The position numbers and the translations under genes are program-made. Of a DNA stretch of 64,000 nt, positions 48,459 to 57,772 are shown piece after piece; position 1 is the stretch's first letter, and every line of letters begins with the position of its first letter. Origin of the DNA: Caldisericia bacterium (GTDB lineage Bacteria > Caldisericota > Caldisericia > JAAYUI01). The stretch is from NCBI GenBank assembly GCA_963674785.1, contig OY771555.1, forward strand, positions 896,001 to 960,000. Direction: 5' to 3'. The notes under the pieces were generated by a model. It did no database searches. It was not told where the DNA came from and saw only the letters and a list, made by a program, of their open reading frames with translations.

Positions 48459-51400
48459 AGCAGTTGATAGATGCTGTTTCAGATATAGACACCAATTTAT
48501 CCAGGTATAAATATTCCAAGAAATTAATCGAAAAACTTTCTGATTATTTGCATTTTCCTTCGGCAATGCTTATCGATTCAGAGGGTGATTCAAATATTGT
48601 TGCGGCACACAATATGACTGAGACTCAAAGCAAGGGAATCCTTGACTTGATTTCAAGATCAGGAATATCCTCTATGGTTGCGCACATCAATGAGACTCTT
48701 CCTCCACCATGGGGTGATATTTCTAAGTTTCATTTCAGATCTCTCATATCTATACCACTTAAATATAATAAGAATAGAGTTGGATATATTGTACTTCTCT
48801 CCCCAAAAAAACATGAGATATCAGAAGAAGATTTTGGTTATCTGAATACAATCTCCAGGATTGTATCCAATGGATATTCTGTTAATAAACTAAACTCGTC
48901 AGGTTTTCGAGGGGAGTGTTTTGCAACTATTGATAAAACTTTCCTGGATCAACTGAAGAGTGGTTTTTTGTCATATGATGCTGGTGGGAATATTGAATAT
49001 ATCAATCCGACACTTGTGGCGATGCTCGGGTCTCCTAACCCCGAAGAATCCAAAAAAATAAATTTGTTTACATTCCAGGGTTTGGTGGATGCTGGTTTAT
49101 CTGAATCTTTTAAACGAGCTGTGAAAACTGGAAATAAAGTTTTTTCAACGCATACATACGTTTCAAAGTGGGGCGTTGAGAGCTATTTTCATCTGAATAT
49201 CAACCCTGTAAAGGATGAAAACGGTCAGATTGTAGGTGCTCATGCCTATGTACATGATATTACCGATAAGGTAAAAACAAATTCTCTATTGACGGCGATA
49301 AATCGGACAAAAAAAGACCTTTTTGGGAAAAGAAATCTGAGTCTTGCGGTAAAACAAGTTTCAAAAGAGATTTTTGAGTTCATGGATGTTGATGATATGT
49401 TGATCTGTGAATTTGTTTTAGGGATGGATTATGGTGTTTGCAAGATAAAGTCTGAAATATCTAAAAAAGACCTGCCCAAACTAACAACAAAACAAACTAT
49501 CGATACCCATGAGATTGGTATTGATGAGCAGAGACTTGAACAGCTTATTGCAGGTGAATCGATAACAATTGATTTTTCAAAAGAATATGAAACAACATCA
49601 ATCAGGTCAGATTTTACACAGCTTCATGTGACACCAATCGGTTCACAAAATGAGCTTTTTGGGCTTATTGTGCTTTTCCAAAGAACTGGCAGAAGGATTT
49701 GGTCACAAGAGATTTCAATGCTAATGAGTGTTTATTCTAACTATCTACTCGCTGCGATAACTCAGCAAAAAGATTTGCAGAAACTTGAAACAAAGGTGAT
49801 TCAAAAAGCTGAGGCCACAGCTTTGGATAATTACCAGTTGCTTATTGAGACCTCACCCTTTTCGATTATTTTCTTTTCAGAGTCGGGAAAGATTAATGAG
49901 ATAAATCACGTCGGACATGAGCTTATTTCTGATTTTATTGAATCTGATAAAACGGGTATCGATTATCTTCCAAAAAAATTTCTGAAGATTTTTTCAAAAT
50001 ACTTTGATTCATGTGATGACATCTCAAAAATTGTCTCCAGAACTGAAACCATCACTTTAAGTGATGGTGAAATTAAATACATACGGTTCTACTTGAGGTT
50101 GTTGCCTGGACCAGGGCATAAAAAATATCTTTTGATCATCGAAGATACGACGATGGTTGAAGAGTCATCAAGCCTTTTATCAGATGAGATGAAAAGGGTT
50201 GAGATTGCAAATAGGTCAAAAAGTGAATTTCTGGCAAACATGTCTCATGAGATAAGAACACCATTGAATGCTCTACTTGGGTTCTCAGAGTTAATGCGAA
50301 ATGAGAAGCTGAGCGGAAAAGCATCTGAGTATCTGGAGGCAATATATACTGCAGGTGAAACACTTGACTATCTGACGTCTGATTTGTTAGACATTACAAG
50401 AATCGAAGCAGGTAAGTTGTCAGTTTATCCGGATGCAAATGATCTGAAATTGACAATAGATCAAGTTATTCAAATGCTTCGCTCGAAGATTGAGGAAAAG
50501 AACCTTGAGATTGTAAAGGTTTATCCTGACACTCCAAAAACCTTACACCTCTTTGATAAATCTAGAATCAAACAGGTTTTGATAAATCTGTTGGGTAATG
50601 CGATAAAGTTTACTGATAACGGTAGTATTGTCATAGGGTATAGTATTAGGTTCTCAGATGATTTTGATGATGAGATAATAGTTTTTGTTGATGACTCTGG
50701 AATCGGAATCCCATCTGAGATGAGGGAATCTATTTTCTCTGTATTTACTCAAATCAACAGTTCTGATACAAAAAGACATGCTGGGGCTGGACTTGGTCTT
50801 TCGATTGTCAAAGGAATTGTCGCCTCAATTGACGGGAAAATTCGTATTGTTGAAAAGAACTCTCCAGGAACCAGGTTTGAAATTGACCTCACTCTTGAAA
50901 GAGTAAATGAAAATGATAATGGTGAGCTTATTGCAACAACCGAGGATATATACGATAGAATCAGAAAACCTCTGGAAAATGCTTCATATAGGGTGAGGGT
51001 TGGAGGACTACAATCAGCAACAATTATTGTTATTGAGAGTGGAATCGATGAGATAACAAGGATGCTTACAATCAATCCATCTCTAAAAGTGGTTTCAATT
51101 GGAACAGAGGGCAAAGGTAATGGGTGGATTGGAATCAAAGAAAATTTCTCTTCCACAGAGCTGATTGATGCAATCAAAGAAGTTGCAAGCCAAGAGAAGA
51201 ACGAACAAGGTGATGTTGGTATTCTCAATGGATTAAAAATCCTGGTTGTTGAGGATAATCCCTTGAATATCAAATTGATAACAGAAATTCTCAATAATTA
51301 TGGTAGTGAGGTAACAGTCTCCAAAACAGGTGTTAGTGGTGTAAGCACAGCATCAGAAGGAGCTTTCGATGTTTGTCTGATGGATATACAGATGCCTGAC

Positions 51401-51922
51401 ATCTCTGGACTCGATGCAACCATGCAGATTCGATACAACGAAGAAAAGTTCGGTAAAAGAAGATTGCCAATAATTGCCCTTACTGCATATGCGTCAGTCA
51501 CAGATAGAGACAGATGCCTTACAGCAGGGATGGATGGGTATGTTTCAAAACCCATAAAAATCCCAGAGCTCATAAAAGCCGTTGAGGTTGCAATGGGTAA
51601 GAAAAAAACTTCAATCATTGAGAGACTATCTGAACAACTTCTGATTGCACCATTGAAACTGAAAGATATTCTTGAGGAATATGTCACAAAGAGTCTAGAG
51701 GGGATTATCGAGATAAAAGACTTTGTAGAGGCTGGCGAGTATAAGAAAGCCAGTGATGTTTGCCATAGACTCAAGGGAATGGCTTATTTTGAGCCACTTC
51801 TCTCAAAGATCATCAAACTCAGTGGGTCAATCAAGGCAAACAGCGATGAAGATATTTCTGAGCAGTTGACTGACCTTGAATGTGAATTCAATCGAATCCA
51901 AGAAGAGCTTGAAAAAGTATAG
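48455..51922 (+). CDS. Hybrid sensor histidine kinase (GAF/PAS-HisKA-HATPase-REC-Hpt)
   Basis: FLANMSHEIRTPLN, NLLGNAIKFT, GAGLGLSI, VVEDN...MDIQMP, CHRLKG. Confidence 0.92.
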   Translation: MKQLIDAVSDIDTNLSRYKYSKKLIEKLSDYLHFPSAMLIDSEGDSNIVAAHNMTETQSKGILDLISRSGISSMVAHINETLPPPWGDISKFHFRSLISIPLKYNKNRVGYIVLLSPKKHEISEEDFGYLNTISRIVSNGYSVNKLNSSGFRGECFATIDKTFLDQLKSGFLSYDAGGNIEYINPTLVAMLGSPNPEESKKINLFTFQGLVDAGLSESFKRAVKTGNKVFSTHTYVSKWGVESYFHLNINPVKDENGQIVGAHAYVHDITDKVKTNSLLTAINRTKKDLFGKRNLSLAVKQVSKEIFEFMDVDDMLICEFVLGMDYGVCKIKSEISKKDLPKLTTKQTIDTHEIGIDEQRLEQLIAGESITIDFSKEYETTSIRSDFTQLHVTPIGSQNELFGLIVLFQRTGRRIWSQEISMLMSVYSNYLLAAITQQKDLQKLETKVIQKAEATALDNYQLLIETSPFSIIFFSESGKINEINHVGHELISDFIESDKTGIDYLPKKFLKIFSKYFDSCDDISKIVSRTETITLSDGEIKYIRFYLRLLPGPGHKKYLLIIEDTTMVEESSSLLSDEMKRVEIANRSKSEFLANMSHEIRTPLNALLGFSELMRNEKLSGKASEYLEAIYTAGETLDYLTSDLLDITRIEAGKLSVYPDANDLKLTIDQVIQMLRSKIEEKNLEIVKVYPDTPKTLHLFDKSRIKQVLINLLGNAIKFTDNGSIVIGYSIRFSDDFDDEIIVFVDDSGIGIPSEMRESIFSVFTQINSSDTKRHAGAGLGLSIVKGIVASIDGKIRIVEKNSPGTRFEIDLTLERVNENDNGELIATTEDIYDRIRKPLENASYRVRVGGLQSATIIVIESGIDEITRMLTINPSLKVVSIGTEGKGNGWIGIKENFSSTELIDAIKEVASQEKNEQGDVGILNGLKILVVEDNPLNIKLITEILNNYGSEVTVSKTGVSGVSTASEGAFDVCLMDIQMPDISGLDATMQIRYNEEKFGKRRLPIIALTAYASVTDRDRCLTAGMDGYVSKPIKIPELIKAVEVAMGKKKTSIIERLSEQLLIAPLKLKDILEEYVTKSLEGIIEIKDFVEAGEYKKASDVCHRLKGMAYFEPLLSKIIKLSGSIKANSDEDISEQLTDLECEFNRIQEELEKV

Positions 51923-51929
51923 TTTGCAG

Positions 51930-53294
51930 TTATCCTTCAATTACTGCATAATTCCTGTTTTCTATGAGCCCAACACGCTTTGAAATCTCAACATATTTTT
52001 TGAGTAGTTGTGCAATCTCAGATTTTGTTTTTATACAAAAAGGTTCTGAGATTGCACCTTTTTTCTCAAATGCTGTTGCTGCACATCCTCCTCCACATAT
52101 AGGTACAATTGGACAATTTGAATCTATACATTTCTTCACTCGAATAAAACCACTTTCCAACCAATGTGTTTCACCATTATCTTTGTAAAAACCGTTTGAG
52201 TTCACATTTCCAACCGAATGACTTTCATTGCCAACAAAACTCCAGCATCTACCTATGTTTCCATCAGGATCAATAACGTAGTTATGGAATGAATGAGAGC
52301 TACACGGGGAAGTTATAAAGGTTTGTAAATACCTTTTTTTGAGTTCAAAAATATCTTTTATGAAACCATATTTATCCAATTCTTCTAGCCATTTTGTCAT
52401 AAAGCCATAGCGTTTTGGTTGTGGAATACAATTACATTCATATGAGGTGCTATCACCAGTCAATGACTGTATGAATGATGGGTGAATAGAAATTTTTTCA
52501 TTTTCCAGAAGCCCGTGTTGCCTTAAATCTGAAATCACTTCAGGAAGTGAGTCAGCATTTTTTGTGTCGAGATTAATCCTCAGTGCAATATGAGTTTTAG
52601 GTATCGTTTCCAATGCAGCTTTGATCCCCTCTATTATCAAGTCATATGAAGGTTTTCCACTTATGTATGTTCTTTGTTTGTCGTGGAATCTTCTCGAACC
52701 ATGTAAAGTCACTTGAATGTTTTTTAGAGGAAGATGTTTAAAATAATGTATATTACTTGTTAACAGTGATCCATTTGTAACCATCATCATATTTGTATTG
52801 GTGTTTGGATGATTTTTTGAGATGTATTCGAAAGTTTCTGTAAAAAAATGTGGTTGTAGTAAAGGTTCTCCACCATAACACCCAAGCAAAACCTCATAAA
52901 TATCATATTTTGCTATTCGTGATGAAATAAACCGCTTTAGATTTTCAAATGTACCCGTTGTCATCACTTTAGAATTTCTATGTTCATAGCAATATGGACA
53001 TGCAAAGTTGCAATTTAGTGTTGGAGCAAGAAGTATTCCCATTCTTTTTCCATCTTTTCCCCAGATATTTCTGAAGAAACCTAAAATCTTATCATCATTA
53101 GTGCTTTTATCATCAACCATAAAGCACGTTTTCAAAAGGTCTTTTGCAAGTGATGAGCTTTCTTCAATCAACTCAGGTTTTTCTATTATCCATGAGGGGA
53201 AGACTGCAATTGACCTTGTTATTGATGAAAGTGCGACATATTCATTCTCATTTATTTTTTCATAAAAAACATACTTAGAGAGGCGGAGACTCAT
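51930..53294 (-). CDS. Radical SAM/SPASM domain peptide maturase
   Basis: CNFACPYC, YGGEPLL, SPASM cysteines C..VIDPDGNIGRC..C-x4-C-x5-C-GGG-C..C; N-terminal extension that may be an RRE. Confidence 0.9.
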   Translation of the reverse strand: MSLRLSKYVFYEKINENEYVALSSITRSIAVFPSWIIEKPELIEESSSLAKDLLKTCFMVDDKSTNDDKILGFFRNIWGKDGKRMGILLAPTLNCNFACPYCYEHRNSKVMTTGTFENLKRFISSRIAKYDIYEVLLGCYGGEPLLQPHFFTETFEYISKNHPNTNTNMMMVTNGSLLTSNIHYFKHLPLKNIQVTLHGSRRFHDKQRTYISGKPSYDLIIEGIKAALETIPKTHIALRINLDTKNADSLPEVISDLRQHGLLENEKISIHPSFIQSLTGDSTSYECNCIPQPKRYGFMTKWLEELDKYGFIKDIFELKKRYLQTFITSPCSSHSFHNYVIDPDGNIGRCWSFVGNESHSVGNVNSNGFYKDNGETHWLESGFIRVKKCIDSNCPIVPICGGGCAATAFEKKGAISEPFCIKTKSEIAQLLKKYVEISKRVGLIENRNYAVIEG

Positions 53295-53308
53295 TGATTC
53301 TTCCTTTT

Positions 53309-53512
53309 TTATTCAGGTTCAGAAATTGGACAGCAATATGTTGCCTGACAGTATATATCACATAGAGAAACGATGTTCATAATATTCGGATCAAATGTAA
53401 CTTTATCTATCCAGCAGACTGATTTTGTTGGCACGATCTCCATTTTTGATAAATCAACTCTATTGCTGTCAATAACTATTTTTATTGAATTTTCATTATG
53501 TTGATAAGTCAT
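53309..53512 (-). CDS. Putative RiPP precursor peptide 4 (67 aa)
   Basis: AGGAGA RBS; paralog of the three upstream peptides; core CDIYCQATYCC. Confidence 0.8.
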   Translation of the reverse strand: MTYQHNENSIKIVIDSNRVDLSKMEIVPTKSVCWIDKVTFDPNIMNIVSLCDIYCQATYCCPISEPE

Positions 53513-53523
53513 TAAACTTTCTC

Positions 53524-53727
53524 CTATGTTGCTTCATTGTAGCCTTCACAAAACGTTTGAGCACAAAGTGGCTGACAACATGTAACAATATTCATATATC
53601 TTGGATCGTAGTTATTTGTATCTATCCAACAGACTGTTTTTGTAGGTACTTCTTGCATAGTTTGTGGATTGACTAGATTTGAGTTAATTGTAATTGCCAA
53701 AGAATTCTCATCTTTTATATATCCCAT
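53524..53727 (-). CDS. Putative RiPP precursor peptide 3 (67 aa)
   Basis: AAGGAGGA RBS; core CCQPLCAQTFC. Confidence 0.8.
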   Translation of the reverse strand: MGYIKDENSLAITINSNLVNPQTMQEVPTKTVCWIDTNNYDPRYMNIVTCCQPLCAQTFCEGYNEAT

Positions 53728-53736
53728 ATATCCTCC

Positions 53737-53946
53737 TTAACACATGTCATTGTAATTGCCAGAACAGTATGTTGAATGACAATATGTGGCAACGCAGGAA
53801 ACAACCGGAAGATGCATATTCGCATCATAATTTGAGAAATCGAGCCAACATACTTTTAAAATCGGAATTTCTTCCATTGTGTTTGGGTTAAATTGGTTCG
53901 GATTGATTGTAACACGGATAGAATTTTCATTATGCTGATATGACAC
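53737..53946 (-). CDS. Putative RiPP precursor peptide 2 (69 aa)
   Basis: GGAGGTGA RBS; core CVATYCHSTYC. Confidence 0.8.
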   Translation of the reverse strand: MSYQHNENSIRVTINPNQFNPNTMEEIPILKVCWLDFSNYDANMHLPVVSCVATYCHSTYCSGNYNDMC

Positions 53947-53957
53947 TCATTCACCTC

Positions 53958-54164
53958 CTAACTGATGTTTCCCTTTGAGTCACAAAAACCAATGTTGCAG
54001 AAATTACTTTGACAGTATCCAACAACTTCCATAGTATTTTGATCAAAATTACTCTTATCTATCCAAACGACGATTTTATTGTTATCAATCTCCATGATTC
54101 CAGTATCAACTAATGTTGAGTTGATACCAATTCTTAAAGAGTCTTGATCATGTATATACGGCAT
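53958..54164 (-). CDS. Putative RiPP precursor peptide 1 (68 aa)
   Basis: GGAAGGAG RBS before ATG 54164, aligning with the paralog starts; core CQSNFCNIGFC. Confidence 0.8.
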   Translation of the reverse strand: MPYIHDQDSLRIGINSTLVDTGIMEIDNNKIVVWIDKSNFDQNTMEVVGYCQSNFCNIGFCDSKGNIS

Positions 54165-54421
54165 AAAGCACTCCTTCCATAAGTTTCCACCCCTCACTAA
54201 TTCACAATATAGAGGGGCTGTGACAGTGTACAATTAAACTTCCTTAACTGAAATAGCGACATTCTTAGCATTAATATTGCTAATATATCATTTCTTAATG
54301 TAAGTTTATATTATTTCCAGAATTATGAATGACTTCTGTTAGATAGGTATAAATTGATAAAATCCATGATTATGACAAAAACAAAGTTGACCAACCCCCA
54401 TTTTTTTGATAAAAAATAAGC

Positions 54422-55492
54422 ATGAGAAAATTCTTAGTTCCAGTTTTACTTCTTGTTGTTTTTGTTGCTTGTTCATGTGGGAAACCAATGCCAAACCAAA
54501 AACATCTCGACTCGTTTTCGATGCTTCCTGATTTTGTTGTCACAAAGTCAAGTGAATCGGGAAACAGTGTGACACTGTATTCCTTTGATATGGAGGCAAT
54601 CAGGGCAAACATCCAGATTGATAAAGAAAAACCACATACAGGTCAGGTCAATAATCTTGGAATAGCTGTAAGCAGAAACTATGAGAAAAATGCGGAACTT
54701 GGAATACTCGATCTTGAAAAAATGAAATATATAGCGACTTGCCCATATTGGAATGTCCAAGCATTTACACCTGCTGGTGGGCTTTTGGAAAAAATATCTG
54801 ATGCCGGATTTATTGAAGAGATCATTGGTGATGGGTATCTTCTGACGAAGGATTTTGAAGACAACATCACAGCCGAACTTGCGCCAGTTAACTGTTTTGT
54901 TGATGATACAATTGTTCAGGTCACAACAACAGCAAAACTTCAAAAAGAGGCAGTAACTTTGATGCTAATGGAGGAAGGCAACAGAGTTGATAAATTCCCC
55001 GCAATTTCTGAGATATTAAAATTGATGCCAGAATACCAAGCAGTTTGCCTTGTTTTCAGTTTTGATAGATACAGTGTGCTTGCTGAAGATGGTAGCATTC
55101 CTGGCTTCTTTGATGCTGCTGAGCAGTATGACATGATTCCGAGATTTGAAACATGGGGAAGACCTGATTCATACAGGATGGGTGCGGTCGGATCGTCCGT
55201 TGTTGATGGGGTAGAGCATTCAACAATTGTGCTTCTCTATGATTCTGAAAAGTCGGCGAAAGATGACAAACTGAATGTTGATAAAGCATTGCTTTCTGTT
55301 CCAAGCATGGTTGATGGAAATCCTTGGATGAAACACATGAACTTTGGGAAACCAATCGTCAAGGTTCAAAAAAATGCGATACTAATCGATTTTGATATTG
55401 AGAATCGAAAAAAAGAAGATGGACTCTTTTCAATGCAGATGTTGAAGTTTATGGATAAAACTGGAGATTGGGGGGTATTTTGGAGAAAATAA
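54422..55492 (+). CDS. Hypothetical lipoprotein
   Basis: Signal peptide with VACSC lipobox. Confidence 0.7.
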   Translation: MRKFLVPVLLLVVFVACSCGKPMPNQKHLDSFSMLPDFVVTKSSESGNSVTLYSFDMEAIRANIQIDKEKPHTGQVNNLGIAVSRNYEKNAELGILDLEKMKYIATCPYWNVQAFTPAGGLLEKISDAGFIEEIIGDGYLLTKDFEDNITAELAPVNCFVDDTIVQVTTTAKLQKEAVTLMLMEEGNRVDKFPAISEILKLMPEYQAVCLVFSFDRYSVLAEDGSIPGFFDAAEQYDMIPRFETWGRPDSYRMGAVGSSVVDGVEHSTIVLLYDSEKSAKDDKLNVDKALLSVPSMVDGNPWMKHMNFGKPIVKVQKNAILIDFDIENRKKEDGLFSMQMLKFMDKTGDWGVFWRK

Positions 55493-56712
55493 CAAAGTCA
55501 ATTCTTGCTCTTGTACTTGTTTGTTTGCTTAGTGTTTCCTGTGGCGGGGACGGAGTAGACGAAGTTGTCAAGATTTCTGAGCCAAATCCGACAAACCCAA
55601 TACAGCAGGCTTTATCAAAAATGCCTGTTTCAATCATGAATCTTCCTGGAAGAGATCTCAAAATGAAAGCCTTTATCTTCAACAATATCGAATTAACCGT
55701 AAGGAGTAGAAACCTTGCAAATTATATGTTGGTGAATGAAAACGAGCAGATTTCATGGCTTTTTAAGATGGGTCATAATGTCACGTCGTCAATGAATTCA
55801 GTTATCGATTTTGGCAAATGGCATCATACAGATTTTATGAATCAAACAACCTGGAAGATGAATATCTTTGACTACACAAGAGACCATGAGGTTGTTTTCT
55901 CAAAATCTGATAAAGAAGAATTCCTCACCTGGATGCTCAGACACAATTTTGAAGTATACAAATCTGAGCCAGCATTGACCCTGAAACCAGGTAGTGTTTA
56001 TCATAGGGATGCTTATGTTTTTGGTGCCGGTATTGTTCAGGGTGAAGATGGGGCAACATTCATTTGTCGTGAGCTTCCAACAGATGGTACAGTTGATGAT
56101 GCGTTGGCAATTTATGAAGGTACGATGGGTTCCCTTCTTTCTGATCCAGAGATTTATGAAATTTCATCAAGGATTCCAGAGGGTGCTTTCTCTTCAATGA
56201 TCTGTAAACTTGATACATCATATGCAAAACACAATCAGGTCACAACTGCCGATACAACAGGTTTTTCTGGTGTTCCTTTAACTGATGAACAGACCGTTTG
56301 GGTTTCAGTTTATGGAAGACCAAAGGAATTGACTTGGTTTTCAGCTTCACACATCACAAAAGATGGTCATCACGGACTTCTTTGGGAGTTCCAGTATGAA
56401 ACACCTGAGGCAGCAGAGGCTGACTTGACTCCACTTACTGATGCAATTACTGAGGCAAAGGGCAGATTCACAGAAAAGAATTGGTGGGATGAAGACCTTC
56501 ATCTTGAATCCCCTGAGATTTCTGTTGAGGACAATATCATATCAATCTGGTCAGAGTGGATAATCCCCAGGGATGAAAAAAAGAAGATTGAATCTGGTAT
56601 CATGACCGACGAAGAGAAGGAAACTCTCTGGTTTGAATATGTCCGAAGCATCTTTGATCTGTTTGACAAATTCGAACGCCAGGATTACGGTCCACTTTGG
56701 CAGGGGTATTGA
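55468..56712 (+). CDS. Hypothetical lipoprotein, distant paralog of the preceding gene
   Basis: LSVSC lipobox; shared C-terminal pattern (GRP, Y-x5-A-x2-D, W, D[WY]G..W). Start may be TTG 55480. Confidence 0.7.
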   Translation: MGGILEKITKSILALVLVCLLSVSCGGDGVDEVVKISEPNPTNPIQQALSKMPVSIMNLPGRDLKMKAFIFNNIELTVRSRNLANYMLVNENEQISWLFKMGHNVTSSMNSVIDFGKWHHTDFMNQTTWKMNIFDYTRDHEVVFSKSDKEEFLTWMLRHNFEVYKSEPALTLKPGSVYHRDAYVFGAGIVQGEDGATFICRELPTDGTVDDALAIYEGTMGSLLSDPEIYEISSRIPEGAFSSMICKLDTSYAKHNQVTTADTTGFSGVPLTDEQTVWVSVYGRPKELTWFSASHITKDGHHGLLWEFQYETPEAAEADLTPLTDAITEAKGRFTEKNWWDEDLHLESPEISVEDNIISIWSEWIIPRDEKKKIESGIMTDEEKETLWFEYVRSIFDLFDKFERQDYGPLWQGY

Positions 56713-56713
56713 G

Positions 56714-57772
56714 TTAGATATTTTCAGGTTTCAATTCAAATTGAATTTGATACGTCATTAACTTTATGTTTTGTGATGCCTTAAGAGCGTACTTGAGCTT
56801 TTCTGAATAGTCGCCTGCAATGATTAATCCCTCAACTTGGTTGTCTGATGATGCAAGATTCTCAGATACCCAGCCAATGTATCTTTGAATCTGACCAAGT
56901 GTTTCATCAGATGTTTTGTCTTTTTTAAGTTCGATGACCAACCACCTATCTTCGGTTTTATGGGATGCAAGAATGTCTATTCTACCTATATTTCCAGCAA
57001 TATATTCAACTCCAACGGTTGCACCATCTTCCTTGTGAATCTCCCATTGCCCAAATTCTTTCAGGTTATCCCAATTGCCGGCTAAGAAATCTTGTAGATG
57101 TTTTTCTAATTCAAAGTTGCCGTTGTTTGTGAGAGAACTGCTGGAATAGCCAGAATTTGTAAAATCAACTTCATTTGATTTTTGTATTTCTTCTCGGTAG
57201 ATAAATTCAAACAAGGCGTTGAGAGTCCATTTGTCAATTACCAGTTCTTCTGAAAGAGATCCAAGCATCAGGTTTACCAAAATATGTTTCAATAACACTG
57301 TATCTCCACCATCTGGCCATAAATCAAACTCTTTTATAACGTATTCAGCTGAAGCACTCCATATGCCATACTTATCTGGTTCCGTTATTTGTAGGATGGT
57401 GGTCAATACGTTTTTGTCTAGTCCCTTTATTTTTTGTTTTTCATTTGGGAATGCATATTCAAACCTATCGAACCGATTTTTTGATCTATCAAGAAACCCT
57501 TTGAATACTTGCCGAAGCTCATATATATCTTTTGTTATTTCCTTGGCTAGTTTGTCATAACTCTTCAATTGCTTGTTGTTTTCAAACTTCAAGAATTCAC
57601 AAAAAACTTTTCTGTCAAGTTTTCTTATATTTTCATATTGGAATATTGGTTGGTACTTTGCGATTACTTCATCTTTTGAGGAAACAACCATTTGAAACTC
57701 AGCATCTTTTTTTGCTCTATCTAGTGCTTCTTTGAGTGCAATAATTGCATCATCAAAAGCTTCTTTTGCCAT
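56714..57772 (-). CDS. Protein with C-terminal NucS/EndoMS-like PD-(D/E)XK endonuclease domain
   Basis: LEKHLQDFL, GRIDILA, VIELKK, GQIQRYIGWV, VEGLIIA. Confidence 0.8.
   Translation of the reverse strand: MAKEAFDDAIIALKEALDRAKKDAEFQMVVSSKDEVIAKYQPIFQYENIRKLDRKVFCEFLKFENNKQLKSYDKLAKEITKDIYELRQVFKGFLDRSKNRFDRFEYAFPNEKQKIKGLDKNVLTTILQITEPDKYGIWSASAEYVIKEFDLWPDGGDTVLLKHILVNLMLGSLSEELVIDKWTLNALFEFIYREEIQKSNEVDFTNSGYSSSSLTNNGNFELEKHLQDFLAGNWDNLKEFGQWEIHKEDGATVGVEYIAGNIGRIDILASHKTEDRWLVIELKKDKTSDETLGQIQRYIGWVSENLASSDNQVEGLIIAGDYSEKLKYALKASQNIKLMTYQIQFELKPENI

Noticed and set aside
54165-54233. 91-aa version of precursor 1 from the ORF track
   Set aside because: The RBS and alignment with the three paralogs place the start at ATG 54164.
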